The notes: generated by a model not told the origin, from the letters alone. A stretch of 64,000 bases of DNA from an uncultured Thermoleophilaceae bacterium (GCA_963728495.1 CAVSKI010000006.1:104489-168488), one strand, 5' to 3'. Positions 44,637 to 54,508 are shown, counted from the first letter of the stretch. Made by a program: numbers and translations.

Positions 44637-46188
44637 TTCCCAGGCCCTCGTCGAAGCCGATGGTTGCGACCGGGCCCTTGTAGGTGTTCTTCGCGCTGAC
44701 GAGCCACCAGATGCCCACCGCCGCGATCACAGCCAGCACCATCAACGGCGAGTAGTTGACCGCCGACCAGGTGAACTCGTCGTTCCAGAACACCCCGGCC
44801 GGGGTGAACGGCAGCGAGAAGATGACCACGCAGATGATCACCCAGATCACGGCGATGGTGTTGACCCACTTGTACTTCGCGCCGAGCGTCCAGGATCCCG
44901 GCTCGAAGTCGTCGCCGGCCCGCAGGCGCAGGTACACCGGCGTCACGTAGGCGATGTACAGGCCGATCACGGCGATCGAGACGACTGCGAAGAACGCCAC
45001 CGGGATGCCGGCCTCGTTGCTGGTCAAGGCCGGCAGCGTGATCAGCGCCGCCAGGCCGCACGAGGCCAGCACGGCGGCCACGGGCACGCGGTTGCGGTTG
45101 ACCGAGCTCCAGAGCTGCCAGCCCGGTACGGCGCGGTCGCGCGAGAAGGCGTAGAAGGTGCGCGAGCAGCTGGTCACGCAGGCCATGCCGCAGAAGAACT
45201 GGCCGATCGTCGAGATCAGGATCACGATCTCCGCCCAGCCCGAGCTCATCGCGCTGGTGAAGATCGGAATCGAGCCGCCGGCCGCCGCCTCGGTGTCGAC
45301 CGCCGCGAAGGTGATCGCGAGCAGCACGAACCAGCCGATCACCGCGGAGAAGAACACGGACTGCCAGACGCCCTTGGCCGCCGCCACCTCGGCGTCCTTG
45401 GTCTCCTCGGACACGTGGGCAGACGCGTCGTAGCCGGTGACCGTGTACATCGTGAGCAGGAAGCCGACTGGGAGCACGTAGAACCAGAAGAACAGGTTCG
45501 AGTTCGACCCGTCCGAGAAGCCCGAGTTGTTGAGCGTGTCCGTGAATACGAAGTCAGCGCTCTGATGGCGGTCGGGCGCGATGATCAGGATCAGGATGAT
45601 GATCGCCACACCGACCACGTGCACGCCCACGGAGATGTTGTTGAACAGGGCTACCAGGTGCGCTGAGTAGATGTTGATCAGCGCGTGCAGGGCCATGATG
45701 ATCACGAACAGCACGAAGATCTCGTCGAGCTCGGGCGTGCCGGTGAAGTTGACGATGATGTTTAGGTCCCAGAGGCTGAACAGGTTGGCCGCGAAGGTCG
45801 CGCAGGCGTAGTCCACCGACGCGACCACGGCGATCAGGCCGATCACGTTGAACCAGCCGGTGAACCAGGACCAGCTCGGACCGCCGAGCTTGGCCGCCCA
45901 CCAGTAGGGGCCGCCGGCGGTGGGATAGGCCGAGCACAGCTCCGACATCGAGAAGGCGACCGTGAGGACCAGCGCGCAGATGATCGGCCAGCCCCACGAG
46001 ATCGCGATCGGGCCGCCGTTGTTGAACGCCTGGCCATAGGTCGTGAAACAGCCGGCCAGGACCGAGATGATCGTGAAGGAGATCGCGAAGTTGGAGAACG
46101 AGCTCCATACGCGACTGAGGTCCTGCTTGTAGCCGAGCTCGGCAAGCCTCTCTTCGTCCCTATCGCGATGCGCAGTCTCATCAGCCAC
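44599..46188 (-). CDS. APC-superfamily permease (amino acid/choline/amino-alcohol transporter type)
   Basis: 12-TM profile, with FSMSELCSAYPTAGGPYWWA. GTG 46188 (VADETAHRD..) is chosen as the start. Confidence 0.85.
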   Translation of the reverse strand: MADETAHRDRDEERLAELGYKQDLSRVWSSFSNFAISFTIISVLAGCFTTYGQAFNNGGPIAISWGWPIICALVLTVAFSMSELCSAYPTAGGPYWWAAKLGGPSWSWFTGWFNVIGLIAVVASVDYACATFAANLFSLWDLNIIVNFTGTPELDEIFVLFVIIMALHALINIYSAHLVALFNNISVGVHVVGVAIIILILIIAPDRHQSADFVFTDTLNNSGFSDGSNSNLFFWFYVLPVGFLLTMYTVTGYDASAHVSEETKDAEVAAAKGVWQSVFFSAVIGWFVLLAITFAAVDTEAAAGGSIPIFTSAMSSGWAEIVILISTIGQFFCGMACVTSCSRTFYAFSRDRAVPGWQLWSSVNRNRVPVAAVLASCGLAALITLPALTSNEAGIPVAFFAVVSIAVIGLYIAYVTPVYLRLRAGDDFEPGSWTLGAKYKWVNTIAVIWVIICVVIFSLPFTPAGVFWNDEFTWSAVNYSPLMVLAVIAAVGIWWLVSAKNTYKGPVATIGFDEGLGITEEKEEPTAQA

Positions 46189-46310
46189 GGGCGTCGTCTC
46201 CTCCTCGATAGACCGCTCGGAGCGCCACTTACCGGACCAAATGGTGTGACGCTCCGACCTTCTCGGCCGCGACTGTATGCCAGACCACGGACGGACGCAA
46301 GCGATGGTTT

Positions 46311-48111
46311 TTAGCGTGCGAGTGCGCCAATCACCTCCTGCCACCACGCTCGAGCCGTCTCGTCGGTCTCACGCGCGAGGCGGCGGCGGGCGTACGCCTG
46401 CAGCTGACGCGCACCGCCGGCTGCGAGCGTCGGGCCGGTGAGCGCATAGCGGCCATCGGCCAGCGACAAAAGCGCCCCGCGCCGGTCGCGACGCGTGCGC
46501 AGGTGCTCGACCACGCCAACTCCGAGCAGCTCGTCCGGTGAGGCGGGGTCCCCGTCAGCCTCCTCGTCCCAGGGCCGGGAGGTGAACACCCCCGAGGCAC
46601 CGATGAGCTCGCGTGGGGCCTTCGCCTCCTCACCGATCGGTCCGTGCCGCCAGCGCTCGAGCAGCTCCGTCATCCGCGCCGCCACCTCGCTTCGCACCAC
46701 CACGTGCAGGCGATCATCGGCCTCCACGCGCGTCGACCCGCGCGGCAGCACGGCCTCGCTCCCGCGCACGATCACGGTGACCAGCGCGTCGCGCGGCAGT
46801 TCCAGCTCGCGCACCCGCCGGCCGGCGATGGCGTCGTCGGAGCCCACCGGGTACTCCATGATCTCGGCCCCGAGGCGCCGGATCGTGCCGGTCTCGGCCA
46901 GCGGCCGGGGCAGCGCGGGTTCGTTCGTGGTCACGCCCAATCGGGCGGCCAGAGGCTCGAACGTGGCTCCCTGCAACAGCGTGGAGAGCACCACCGCGAA
47001 GAAGATGATGTTGAAGAAGACGCCCTCGGAGCCCGGGACATGCGTCGATCACGGGAAAGGTCGCCAGCACCACGGGCACGGCCCCGCGCAGGCCGGCCCA
47101 GCCCAACACGATCTTCTCGCGCACAGAGAACGCGTCGAGGGCCGTGCCGGCGAACGTGGCAACCGGCCGCGCGACGAACAGAAGCACGAGCGCGAGCACC
47201 GTGCCCTCTACCCACACGTCGTCCAGCCGGGACGGGAACACGAGCAGCCCGAGCGCCAGGAACATGACGATCTGCGCGACCCAGCCGAGACCCTGGTGGA
47301 AGACGGTGACGGTGCGCTTGGCCGGGATGTTGGCCGAGCCGAGCGCCAGGCCGGCGAGGTAGACGGCGAGAAAGCCCGAGCCGTGCAGGGCATCGGCCAC
47401 GCCGAACGCGAGTGCGGCACTGGCCAGGGTGGCCACCGGGTAGAGCCCAGGGGTGTCGAGGCGCGCGCGGCGCAGCCCCTGCACCGAGAGCCAGCCCACC
47501 GCCACCCCGGCCGCGAGCCCGATGCCGACCTCGACCCCGAACAGCAGCGCCATGTCGACCAGGCCGTAGTCGGGCTCCTGAATCCACTCGACGAAGCCGA
47601 TCACCAGCAGCACGGCCACGGGATCGTTGAAGCCCGCCTCGCCCTCGAGCGTGTGAGCCAGCCTGCGGCGCAGAGTCGACCCGCGCAGGATCGAGAACAC
47701 CGCTGCGCCGTCCGTGGAGGCGATGATCGAGCCCAGCAGCAGCCCCTCGAGCGTGCTGAACCCGAATAGCCACGCCGCCGCAAGCCCGGTGATCGCGGCG
47801 GTGACGAAGGTGCCCACGAGCGCCAGCCCGAGCGCGGGGCGCAGGACCGGGCGGATGGCGTCGAACCCGGCCGTGAGCCCACCCTCGAACAGGATCAGGG
47901 CCAGCGCCACGACGCCGATCGTGCGGGCGAACTCGTAGTCGTCCTGGCCGCGGCCGAACTCGATCCAGCCCGCGCCGTCGGAGCCGATGACCATGCCGAG
48001 CGCAAGGAAGAGCAGCAGGCCGGGCAGCCGTACGCGTGCGGCCAGCAGCGACCCGGCGATGCCGGCGGCCAACAGCGCACCGGCTACGAGAATCAGCTCG
48101 CCGTCGCTCAT
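46311..48111 (-). CDS. CPA1 K+(Na+)/H+ antiporter with C-terminal RCK_C (TrkA-C) domain, apparent 1-nt frameshift near 47040
   Basis: ORF 46714-48111 carries the TM domain up to LATFPVID. ORF 46311-46994 continues VPGSEGVFFNIIFFAVVLSTLLQGATFEPLA.. plus an RCK_C segment (AGRRVRELELPRDALVTVIVRG). Confidence 0.8.
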
Positions 48112-48133
48112 GTTGCGAACGAGCCTCGCAAAG

Positions 48134-48163
48134 TTGACAGGCCCGCCGCTCGCACCATAGGGT
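48134..48163 (+). promoter_or_regulatory. Sigma-70-type promoter TTGACA-N18-TAGGGT
   Basis: TTGACA at 48134-48139 and TAGGGT (TAnnnT) at 48158-48163, directly upstream of the operator and the GntR gene. Confidence 0.55.
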
Positions 48164-48171
48164 CCCGGCCT

Positions 48172-48187
48172 ATTGGACTAGACCAAT
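48172..48187. promoter_or_regulatory. dre-like GntR/HutC operator
   Basis: ATTGGACTAGACCAAT is a 14/16 self-complementary palindrome. It matches the DasR-type consensus ACTGGTCTAGACCACT at 13/16 positions. Confidence 0.65.
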
Positions 48188-48219
48188 TCAGGAAGAGGAC
48201 GGAGCGCCCGGCCTGGGTC

Positions 48220-48924
48220 ATTATCGAAGAGCGCCTGGCGGAGCTGATCGAGTCGTCGGCGATCGAGCTCGGAGAGCGCCTCCCCTCCGAACGAGATCTC
48301 GCGGAGAGCTTCGGCGTGTCGCGCATGACGGTGCGCCAAGCGCTCGGATCCCTGGAGGCGCGAGGCCTGGTCGAACGCGGCGTGGGCCGCGGGACCTTCG
48401 TCCGGCGCGCGAAGATCGAGCACGACCTCATGCGCGTGGCCGGCTTCAGCGAGGTGGTCGAGCGCCAGGGCCTGGCGCCCGGCGCCAGGGTGCTGTCGGT
48501 CGACGAGCGGCTGGCCCCGGCCGGCGTGGCCCGGGCGCTGGGGCTCGTGGAAGGCGCACTCGTGGTGCGGATCGAGCGCGTCCGGCTCGGAGGCGGGGTT
48601 CCCCTCGCGTTGGAGGACTCCTGGATTCCCACCGGCCGCTTCCCCGGTTTCGCCTCGCACGACCTCGGGGGCTCGCTCTACGCGCTCATGCGCGACGAGT
48701 ACGGCCTCGAGCCCGTCCGCGCGATCGAGCGCCTCGAGCCCGTGAACGCCCGGCGTCACGAAGCCACGGCGCTCGAGATCTCCGAGCGTGCGCCGCTCAT
48801 GCTCGTTGAGCGGACCGCGTCGGCGGCAGACGGCACCGTGGTCGAGTTCGCCCGCGACCGCTGGCGAGGCGATCGCGTCAAGTTCACGATTCAGGTTTCG
48901 GCCCGGGCCCTGACCGAGGCCTAG
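48220..48924 (+). CDS. GntR/HutC-family regulator (wHTH + UTRA domain); start uncertain
   Basis: LPSERDLAESFGVSRMTVRQALGSLEARGLVERGVGRGTFV plus a UTRA-like C-terminus. The first canonical start (GTG 48316) would cut the HTH. In-frame ATT 48220, ATC 48223 or CTG 48235 lie downstream of the operator. Confidence 0.75.
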   Translation: MIEERLAELIESSAIELGERLPSERDLAESFGVSRMTVRQALGSLEARGLVERGVGRGTFVRRAKIEHDLMRVAGFSEVVERQGLAPGARVLSVDERLAPAGVARALGLVEGALVVRIERVRLGGGVPLALEDSWIPTGRFPGFASHDLGGSLYALMRDEYGLEPVRAIERLEPVNARRHEATALEISERAPLMLVERTASAADGTVVEFARDRWRGDRVKFTIQVSARALTEA

Positions 48925-48931
48925 ATCCAGC

Positions 48932-49870
48932 ATGCACGAAGAGATCTCGATTCCCGAGCTGACCGAGGTGATCGCCCGGTTGTCGGCGCTGCTCGGGCCG
49001 CGTGAGGGTGGGATCAGGCCGCTGGACGGCGGCATCACAAACCGAAATTTCCGTGTGATCTTCGGAGGCGACGACTACGTCGTGCGCCTGCCCGGCAAGG
49101 ACACCAACCTGTTGGGCATCGATCGCGAGGCCGAATGCATCGCCAACGAGCGCGCCGCGGAGCTCGGCCTCGCCCCAAAGGTCGCCGCGAAGCTTCACGA
49201 GCCGGCCTGCCTGGTCACGTGCTTCGTCGAGGGCCACGAGATGACCCCGGTAGAGCTACGCAAGCAGGACGCGGTCGCCGAGGTGGCCAGCGCGCTGCGC
49301 CGGTTCCACGATTCGGGCCTGGAGCTGTCCACCGACTTCCAGGTGCTCGATATCGCGCGCGAGTACGCCGAGGTGGTGCGGGCGCGAGACAGCGAGCCGC
49401 CCCAGGCCTTCGAGGAAGCGCTCGAGAATGCCCGCCGGGTGGCGCTCGCGGTTGACGACGACCCCGAGCACGCACCGGTCCCCTGCCACAACGATCTGTT
49501 GCCGGCCAACTTCCTGCGTGGCGACCAGGGAATCAAGATCGTGGACTGGGAGTACTCGGGGATGGGCGACCGTTACTTCGATCTGGGCAACCTCTCCGTG
49601 AACAACGAGTTCGAGGACGAGGACGAGGATCGGTTGCTCGAGGCCTACTTCGGTGAGCCCGCGACGCCGCGGCGTCGCGCCTCGCTGAAGCTGTTTCGCT
49701 TCATGTCCGACTTCCGTGAGGCCATGTGGGGCGTGGTTCAGAGCTCGGTATCCGATCTCGACTTCGACTTCGACGCCTACGCCACGAAGCACTTCACTCG
49801 CATGAGCGCGACCAGCAGCGACGCGCGCTTCGGGACTTTGCTGGAGGAGGTCCGTGGCGGCGCTGCGTGA
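48932..49870 (+). CDS. Choline/ethanolamine-kinase-like phosphotransferase (APH fold)
   Basis: Brenner motif PCHNDLLPANFL and IVDWEYSGMGDRYFDLGN. Confidence 0.8.
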   Translation: MHEEISIPELTEVIARLSALLGPREGGIRPLDGGITNRNFRVIFGGDDYVVRLPGKDTNLLGIDREAECIANERAAELGLAPKVAAKLHEPACLVTCFVEGHEMTPVELRKQDAVAEVASALRRFHDSGLELSTDFQVLDIAREYAEVVRARDSEPPQAFEEALENARRVALAVDDDPEHAPVPCHNDLLPANFLRGDQGIKIVDWEYSGMGDRYFDLGNLSVNNEFEDEDEDRLLEAYFGEPATPRRRASLKLFRFMSDFREAMWGVVQSSVSDLDFDFDAYATKHFTRMSATSSDARFGTLLEEVRGGAA

Positions 49871-52313
49871 GCTCCCGGGCTCCGCGCGTTGCGTGATCAT
49901 CGGAGGCGGCGTCGGAGGGACGTCGATCGCCTACCACCTCGCCAAGCTCGGCTGGGAGGACGTGGTGCTGGTCGAACGCAACCAGCTCACCTCCGGCTCG
50001 ACCTTCCACTCCGCGGGACTTGTGGGCCAGCTGCGCGGCTCGGTCTCGCTGACGAAGATGATGATGTACTCGGTCGAGCTCTACCGAAAGCTCGGCGAGG
50101 ACTGCGGCTGGATCGAGTGCGGCGGGATCCGGCTGGCCTCCAGCGAAGCGCGGATGGAGGAACTGCGCCGCCAAGCCGGCTGGGCCAAGACATTCGGACT
50201 CCCGCTCGACCTGATCTCCGCCGATGAGGCGCGCGACATGTTCCCGCTCATGTCGACCGACGGCGTGCTGGGCGCGGCCTTTCTGCCCACCGACGGCTAT
50301 CTCGACCCCTCGCAGCTCACGTTTGCTCTCGCCGAGGGCGCACGGGAGGGGGGCGGGAGAGTCTTCACGAGCACCCGTGTTACCGCGATCGAGAGCGACT
50401 CCGGGCGGGTGCAGCGCGTGCGCACCGAGCGCGGCGACATCGAGACCGAGAACGTGGTGATCGCCGGGGGCATGTTCGCGGCCGAGCTCGGACGTCTGGC
50501 CGGCGTGCGCATACCGGTGCAGCCGATGTCCCACGAGTACCTGGTCACCCAGCCCTTCCGCGAGCGCGATCCCGACCGGCCTCTGCCCACGCTGCGCGAC
50601 CCCGACCTGCTCATCTACTTCCGCGAGGACGGCGGCGGCCTCGTGATGGGCGGCTACGAGCGCAACTGCGCACCCGCCTTCCTGCCCGAAGGGGACGGCG
50701 AGTTCGAACGCATCCCGCCCGACTTCAACGGCCGCCTGCTGGAGGACGACTGGGATCGCTTCGAGGAGATCGTGGTCAACTCGCGCCGGCGGGTGCCGGA
50801 GATGGAGGACGTGAAGGTCACGCGCATGATCAACGGCCCCGAGGCCTTCACACCCGATAACGAATTCTGCCTGGGCGAGACTGAGATCCGCGGCCTGTTC
50901 GTGGCCGCGGGCTTCTGTGCCCACGGCCTCGCGGGCGCGGGTGGAATCGGGAAGGTGATGGCGGAGTGGATCGCGCAGGGCGAGCCCTCGCTCGATCTGT
51001 GGCACATGGACATCCGCCGCTTCGGGGGCCAGTACCGCTCGCCCGCCTACAGCCTCAAGCGAATCCGCGAGACCTACGAGACCTACTACGACATCCGCTA
51101 CCCCAACCACGAGCGCGAGGCGGGGCGGCCGCTGCGCGTTTCGCCGGCCAACGCCTGGCATCGCGAGCACGGCGCCGCCTTCGGCGAGAAGTCGGGCTGG
51201 GAGCGGGTGAACTGGTATGAGCACAACGCGGCGGCGGGAGATGAGTCGCTGCGCCCGCGCGGGTGGGCCGGGCAGCATTGGTCGCCGGCGGTGGGCGCCG
51301 AGCACGCGGCGTGTCGCGAGACCGCCGCCATCTTCGACGAGTCCTCGTTCTCCAAGATGGAGATCACGGGGCCGGGCGCGGCCGCGCTGCTCGAGCGCCT
51401 GTGCGACAACCGGGTGGCTCGCGAAGTGGGCCGGATCACCTACACCCAGATGCTGAATTCGCGCGGGGGCATCGAGTGCGACTTCACCGTCGCGCGCCTG
51501 GGCGAGGAGCGCTTCTCGATCGTCACCGGCACCGCCTTCGGCAACCACGATCGAGAGTGGATCCGCCGCCACGTGCCCGGCGACGGATCGGTGCAGGTGC
51601 ACGACGTGACCTCGGCCTGGGCCTGCTTCGGAATCTGGGGCCCGCGCGCGCGAGAGATACTCGCTCCGCTGACTCCCCAGTCGCTGTCCAACGAGGACTT
51701 CCCCTACCTCAGCGTGCGCGAGATCACCGTGGGCGATGTGCCCGTCCGGGCGCTGCGGGTGACGTTCGTCGGCGAGCTGGGCTGGGAGCTCTACTGCCCG
51801 ACCGAATACGGGATGGCCCTGTGGCGGACCGTCTGGGATTCGGGTCGGGCCCACGGCCTGGTGGCCGGCGGCTACCGCGCGATCGACTCCCTGCGCCTCG
51901 AGAAGGGCTACCGGGTCTGGGGAGCGGACATCACGCCGGACGAGACTCCGGAGGAAGGCGGCGTCGGCTTCTGCGTGAAGCTCGACAAGGAGGGCGGGTT
52001 CATCGGGCGCGACGCGCTGGTAACGGCCGGCGAGAGCGGGCCGCGGCAGCGCCTGTGCTGCCTGACTCTCGAAGACCCGCGCTCGGTGGCGCTCGGGAAC
52101 GAGCCCGTGCGTGTTGCGGGTGAGATCGTGGGCCGAGTGACCAGCGGGGGATACGGATATAGCGCCGGCCGCTCCATCGCCTACGCCTACCTGCCCCCCG
52201 GCCAGGCGGAGCCCAAGACGGAGGTGGCGGTTGAGATCTTCGACCGCTGGGTGGGAGGACAGGTGGCCGAGGAGCCCCTCGTCGATCCCGCCGGAGAGCG
52301 ACTGCGAAGCTAG
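49854..52313 (+). CDS. FAD-dependent amine dehydrogenase/oxidase fused to a GcvT folate-binding domain (dimethylglycine/sarcosine dehydrogenase family)
   Basis: VIIGGGVGGTSIAYHLAKLG, HSAGL, and a C-terminal aminomethyltransferase-like domain (SSFSKMEITGPGA, GELGWELY). It overlaps the kinase gene by 17 nt. Confidence 0.9.
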   Translation: MAALRELPGSARCVIIGGGVGGTSIAYHLAKLGWEDVVLVERNQLTSGSTFHSAGLVGQLRGSVSLTKMMMYSVELYRKLGEDCGWIECGGIRLASSEARMEELRRQAGWAKTFGLPLDLISADEARDMFPLMSTDGVLGAAFLPTDGYLDPSQLTFALAEGAREGGGRVFTSTRVTAIESDSGRVQRVRTERGDIETENVVIAGGMFAAELGRLAGVRIPVQPMSHEYLVTQPFRERDPDRPLPTLRDPDLLIYFREDGGGLVMGGYERNCAPAFLPEGDGEFERIPPDFNGRLLEDDWDRFEEIVVNSRRRVPEMEDVKVTRMINGPEAFTPDNEFCLGETEIRGLFVAAGFCAHGLAGAGGIGKVMAEWIAQGEPSLDLWHMDIRRFGGQYRSPAYSLKRIRETYETYYDIRYPNHEREAGRPLRVSPANAWHREHGAAFGEKSGWERVNWYEHNAAAGDESLRPRGWAGQHWSPAVGAEHAACRETAAIFDESSFSKMEITGPGAAALLERLCDNRVAREVGRITYTQMLNSRGGIECDFTVARLGEERFSIVTGTAFGNHDREWIRRHVPGDGSVQVHDVTSAWACFGIWGPRAREILAPLTPQSLSNEDFPYLSVREITVGDVPVRALRVTFVGELGWELYCPTEYGMALWRTVWDSGRAHGLVAGGYRAIDSLRLEKGYRVWGADITPDETPEEGGVGFCVKLDKEGGFIGRDALVTAGESGPRQRLCCLTLEDPRSVALGNEPVRVAGEIVGRVTSGGYGYSAGRSIAYAYLPPGQAEPKTEVAVEIFDRWVGGQVAEEPLVDPAGERLRS

Positions 52314-52385
52314 ACTCCCCGGTGGGCTCGGCGTGGCACCCGGGGACGGGGGTGCTCGCCGGGTAGGCGTTGTCCCCTTCAGGCC

Positions 52386-52779
52386 TTGAACCCCTCCACT
52401 CGTAGACCCGTTGTCGCGGCCCTCCTGGGCGCCCTCTTCCTGCTCGCGCTCGGAGTCGGCTTCGCGGCGAGCTCGGCCGGCGAGGAGGAGAAGCCGGTCA
52501 AGCAGAGTGGGCTCGCAAGCGGTTCCGCTCGACGTGCCCGCCGCGGCGGCTGAGACTCCCGGCCTCGCCGAGGCCGACGCGCTGCCTGCCATGGCGCGCA
52601 AACCCGAACCGCCGCCCAAGCCCGCGGACGAGCCGGAGCCCGAGCCCGAGGTGGAGACCTTCACCGAGGAGCCGGTGGCTCCGGAACCCGTAGCTCCGGC
52701 TATCCCGGAGCGGCCGGCGCCGGCGCCGGCGCCTGCGCCTGCACCTCCCCCGCCGGTCGAGTTCGACGACGAGGGCTGA
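52386..52779 (+). CDS. Membrane-anchored Pro/Glu-rich protein (possible frameshift near 52500)
   Basis: TTG 52386 gives LNPSTRRPVVAALLGALFLLALGVGFAASSAGEEEKPVKQ (anchor). The acidic, Pro-rich remainder (..PEPPPKPADEPEPEPEVETFTEEPVAPEP..PAPAPAPAPAPPPP) is in the frame of ORF 52411. The alternative is an independent GTG start at 52507. Confidence 0.45.
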
Positions 52780-52783
52780 GCGA

Positions 52784-54508
52784 ATGGCGAAAGTCGACTC
52801 CTCCCACACGGCCCCGGCGCTGGGGGAGGAATGGATCGTCCGCGTGCTCCAGGGCATCGACGTCAGCGAGGTTGCGCGGCACGTGGTTGTGCGCCTGGAC
52901 GACCGCAGGGTCTGCCTGACCGTCGTGTCCGCCGATGCCTCTGAGGAGAGCTGGGGTCTCTACTCCAAAGCGGCGGTCAGGCGGGCGGCGGTGGAGGGCG
53001 ATCGCGTCCGGCCGCTGCTGGCGAGCGGGCGTACCGACGAGTGGTTCTACGTCGCCTACGACGTGGACCGCGCCAATCCCCTCTCCACCCTCGACGAGAT
53101 GGGCGCGATGTCCGGCGCTCAGTGCATCCAGATTCTTCACGGCATCGCGCGCGGTCTCGATCAGGCCGCCGCGGCGGACCTGTACCCCACCGAGCTGACA
53201 CCCGATTCGGTATTCGCGGACTCACGGCGCGGAGCGGTTCTGGCCGACCTCGGCCTCGCGCGTGAGGCGCTCGGCAATCCTTCGGGCGCGCGGGACCGCG
53301 ATGCACCCTGGGTGGCGCCCGAAGTGCTCGGAGGCGAGAAGGCGTCCGAGCGCTCTGCCGTGTACTCGTTCGGCGCCCTCATGTACACGCTCTTGACCGG
53401 CGACCCCCCGCCCGACGCACCGTCGCTCCGCGGGCTGCGGCCGGATCTCCCGGAAGCGCTCGACACCGTCGTCGTGACCGCGATGGCGCGCGATCCCCGC
53501 CGGCGCTACCGCACCGCCGCCGAGACGTTCAGCCTGGCCAACATCCTGCTGCAGGGCGACCTGGTGCCGGTCACGGCTCTGGAGCCGGCGTCGCTCCGGC
53601 CGGCGCCCGACGAGCCGCAAGAAGGGGGCGAGCAAAACGGCCGGCCTGCGCAGGCCGGTGCGGCGCGAGCTCGTTGGGCCGCCCCGCTCGAGGCCTCACG
53701 AGGGCTACAGCTGGCGGTGGCCGGCGGAGTCGTCGTGGCCGGCGTCCTGGCCGGCCTGCTGCTCGCGGGGCCGGGGCCCGAAGAGCCGCCGGCTCCGAAG
53801 GACTTCTCCCGCGGCGGCCTCCAGGTGCGCCTGCCCGGCGACTGGAAGGGCACCATGCCCGCTCCCGGCGCGCTGGCGGCTCATCCCGTCGACGACCCCG
53901 GCTCCGGCCTGACCCTCGAGGTCGTCGACGCACCGGTCGAGCGTGAGGAACAGGGCAATCCGGTCCGGCTGGGACGTCTCGAGGCCTGGCGCCAAACGGG
54001 GGTCGAGGTGGCGGGGACCCGCGGGGGCGTGCGCTACGTCGTGCCCACCGAATCGGGCAAGCTGGTGGCCACCTGCCGGGCGTCACGACGGGCCGCTTCG
54101 GGCACGCTGGCCGGCTGCGAGCGAGTGGCGTCGACGCTGCGGCTGCGCTCCGCCACCGGGCTGCCGATCGCCGCCGTGGTCGAGCAGCAGGAGCGCTGGG
54201 GCGCGGAGGTCACCCGGCTGGGCAAGGAACGCTCCGCCGCCCGCGGCAGTCTTGCGCGTGCCGAGCTGCCGGCCGGGCAACGCCTGGCCGCGGAAGCGCT
54301 GGAGCGGGTGCACGATCGGGCAGCCAGCCGCTTCGCGGCCCTTCCCGGGGGTGAGGCGGTGGCTGCGGCCGCGCGCCGAACCGCCACCTCGTACCGGGCC
54401 CTGGCCCGGGTCGCCGACGGAGAGAGCTCGCAGCGCTTCAATGCCGCGCGCGCACGGGTGCGGCGCAGCGAGGCCGCCCTGCGCTTGGCGCTCGCCGAGT
54501 CGCAGTGA
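52784..54508 (+). CDS. Single-pass transmembrane pseudokinase (degenerate Hanks-type kinase domain + extracytoplasmic domain)
   Basis: The C-lobe is conserved (ADLGLA, WVAPEVL, SAVYSFGALMYTLLTG, ARDPRRRY). There is no Gly-rich loop; VAIK-Lys is replaced (VCLTVV) and HRDLKPxN is replaced by YPTELTPDS. TM is LAVAGGVVVAGVLAGLLLA, followed by a ~250-aa outer domain with 2 Cys. Confidence 0.75.
   Translation: MAKVDSSHTAPALGEEWIVRVLQGIDVSEVARHVVVRLDDRRVCLTVVSADASEESWGLYSKAAVRRAAVEGDRVRPLLASGRTDEWFYVAYDVDRANPLSTLDEMGAMSGAQCIQILHGIARGLDQAAAADLYPTELTPDSVFADSRRGAVLADLGLAREALGNPSGARDRDAPWVAPEVLGGEKASERSAVYSFGALMYTLLTGDPPPDAPSLRGLRPDLPEALDTVVVTAMARDPRRRYRTAAETFSLANILLQGDLVPVTALEPASLRPAPDEPQEGGEQNGRPAQAGAARARWAAPLEASRGLQLAVAGGVVVAGVLAGLLLAGPGPEEPPAPKDFSRGGLQVRLPGDWKGTMPAPGALAAHPVDDPGSGLTLEVVDAPVEREEQGNPVRLGRLEAWRQTGVEVAGTRGGVRYVVPTESGKLVATCRASRRAASGTLAGCERVASTLRLRSATGLPIAAVVEQQERWGAEVTRLGKERSAARGSLARAELPAGQRLAAEALERVHDRAASRFAALPGGEAVAAAARRTATSYRALARVADGESSQRFNAARARVRRSEAALRLALAESQ

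Noticed and set aside
49794-52664. 956-aa ORF on the minus strand
   Set aside because: It is antisense to the DMGDH-like gene. Its composition is Arg/Ala/Gly/Pro-dominated with no recognisable motif, which is the typical high-GC shadow ORF.
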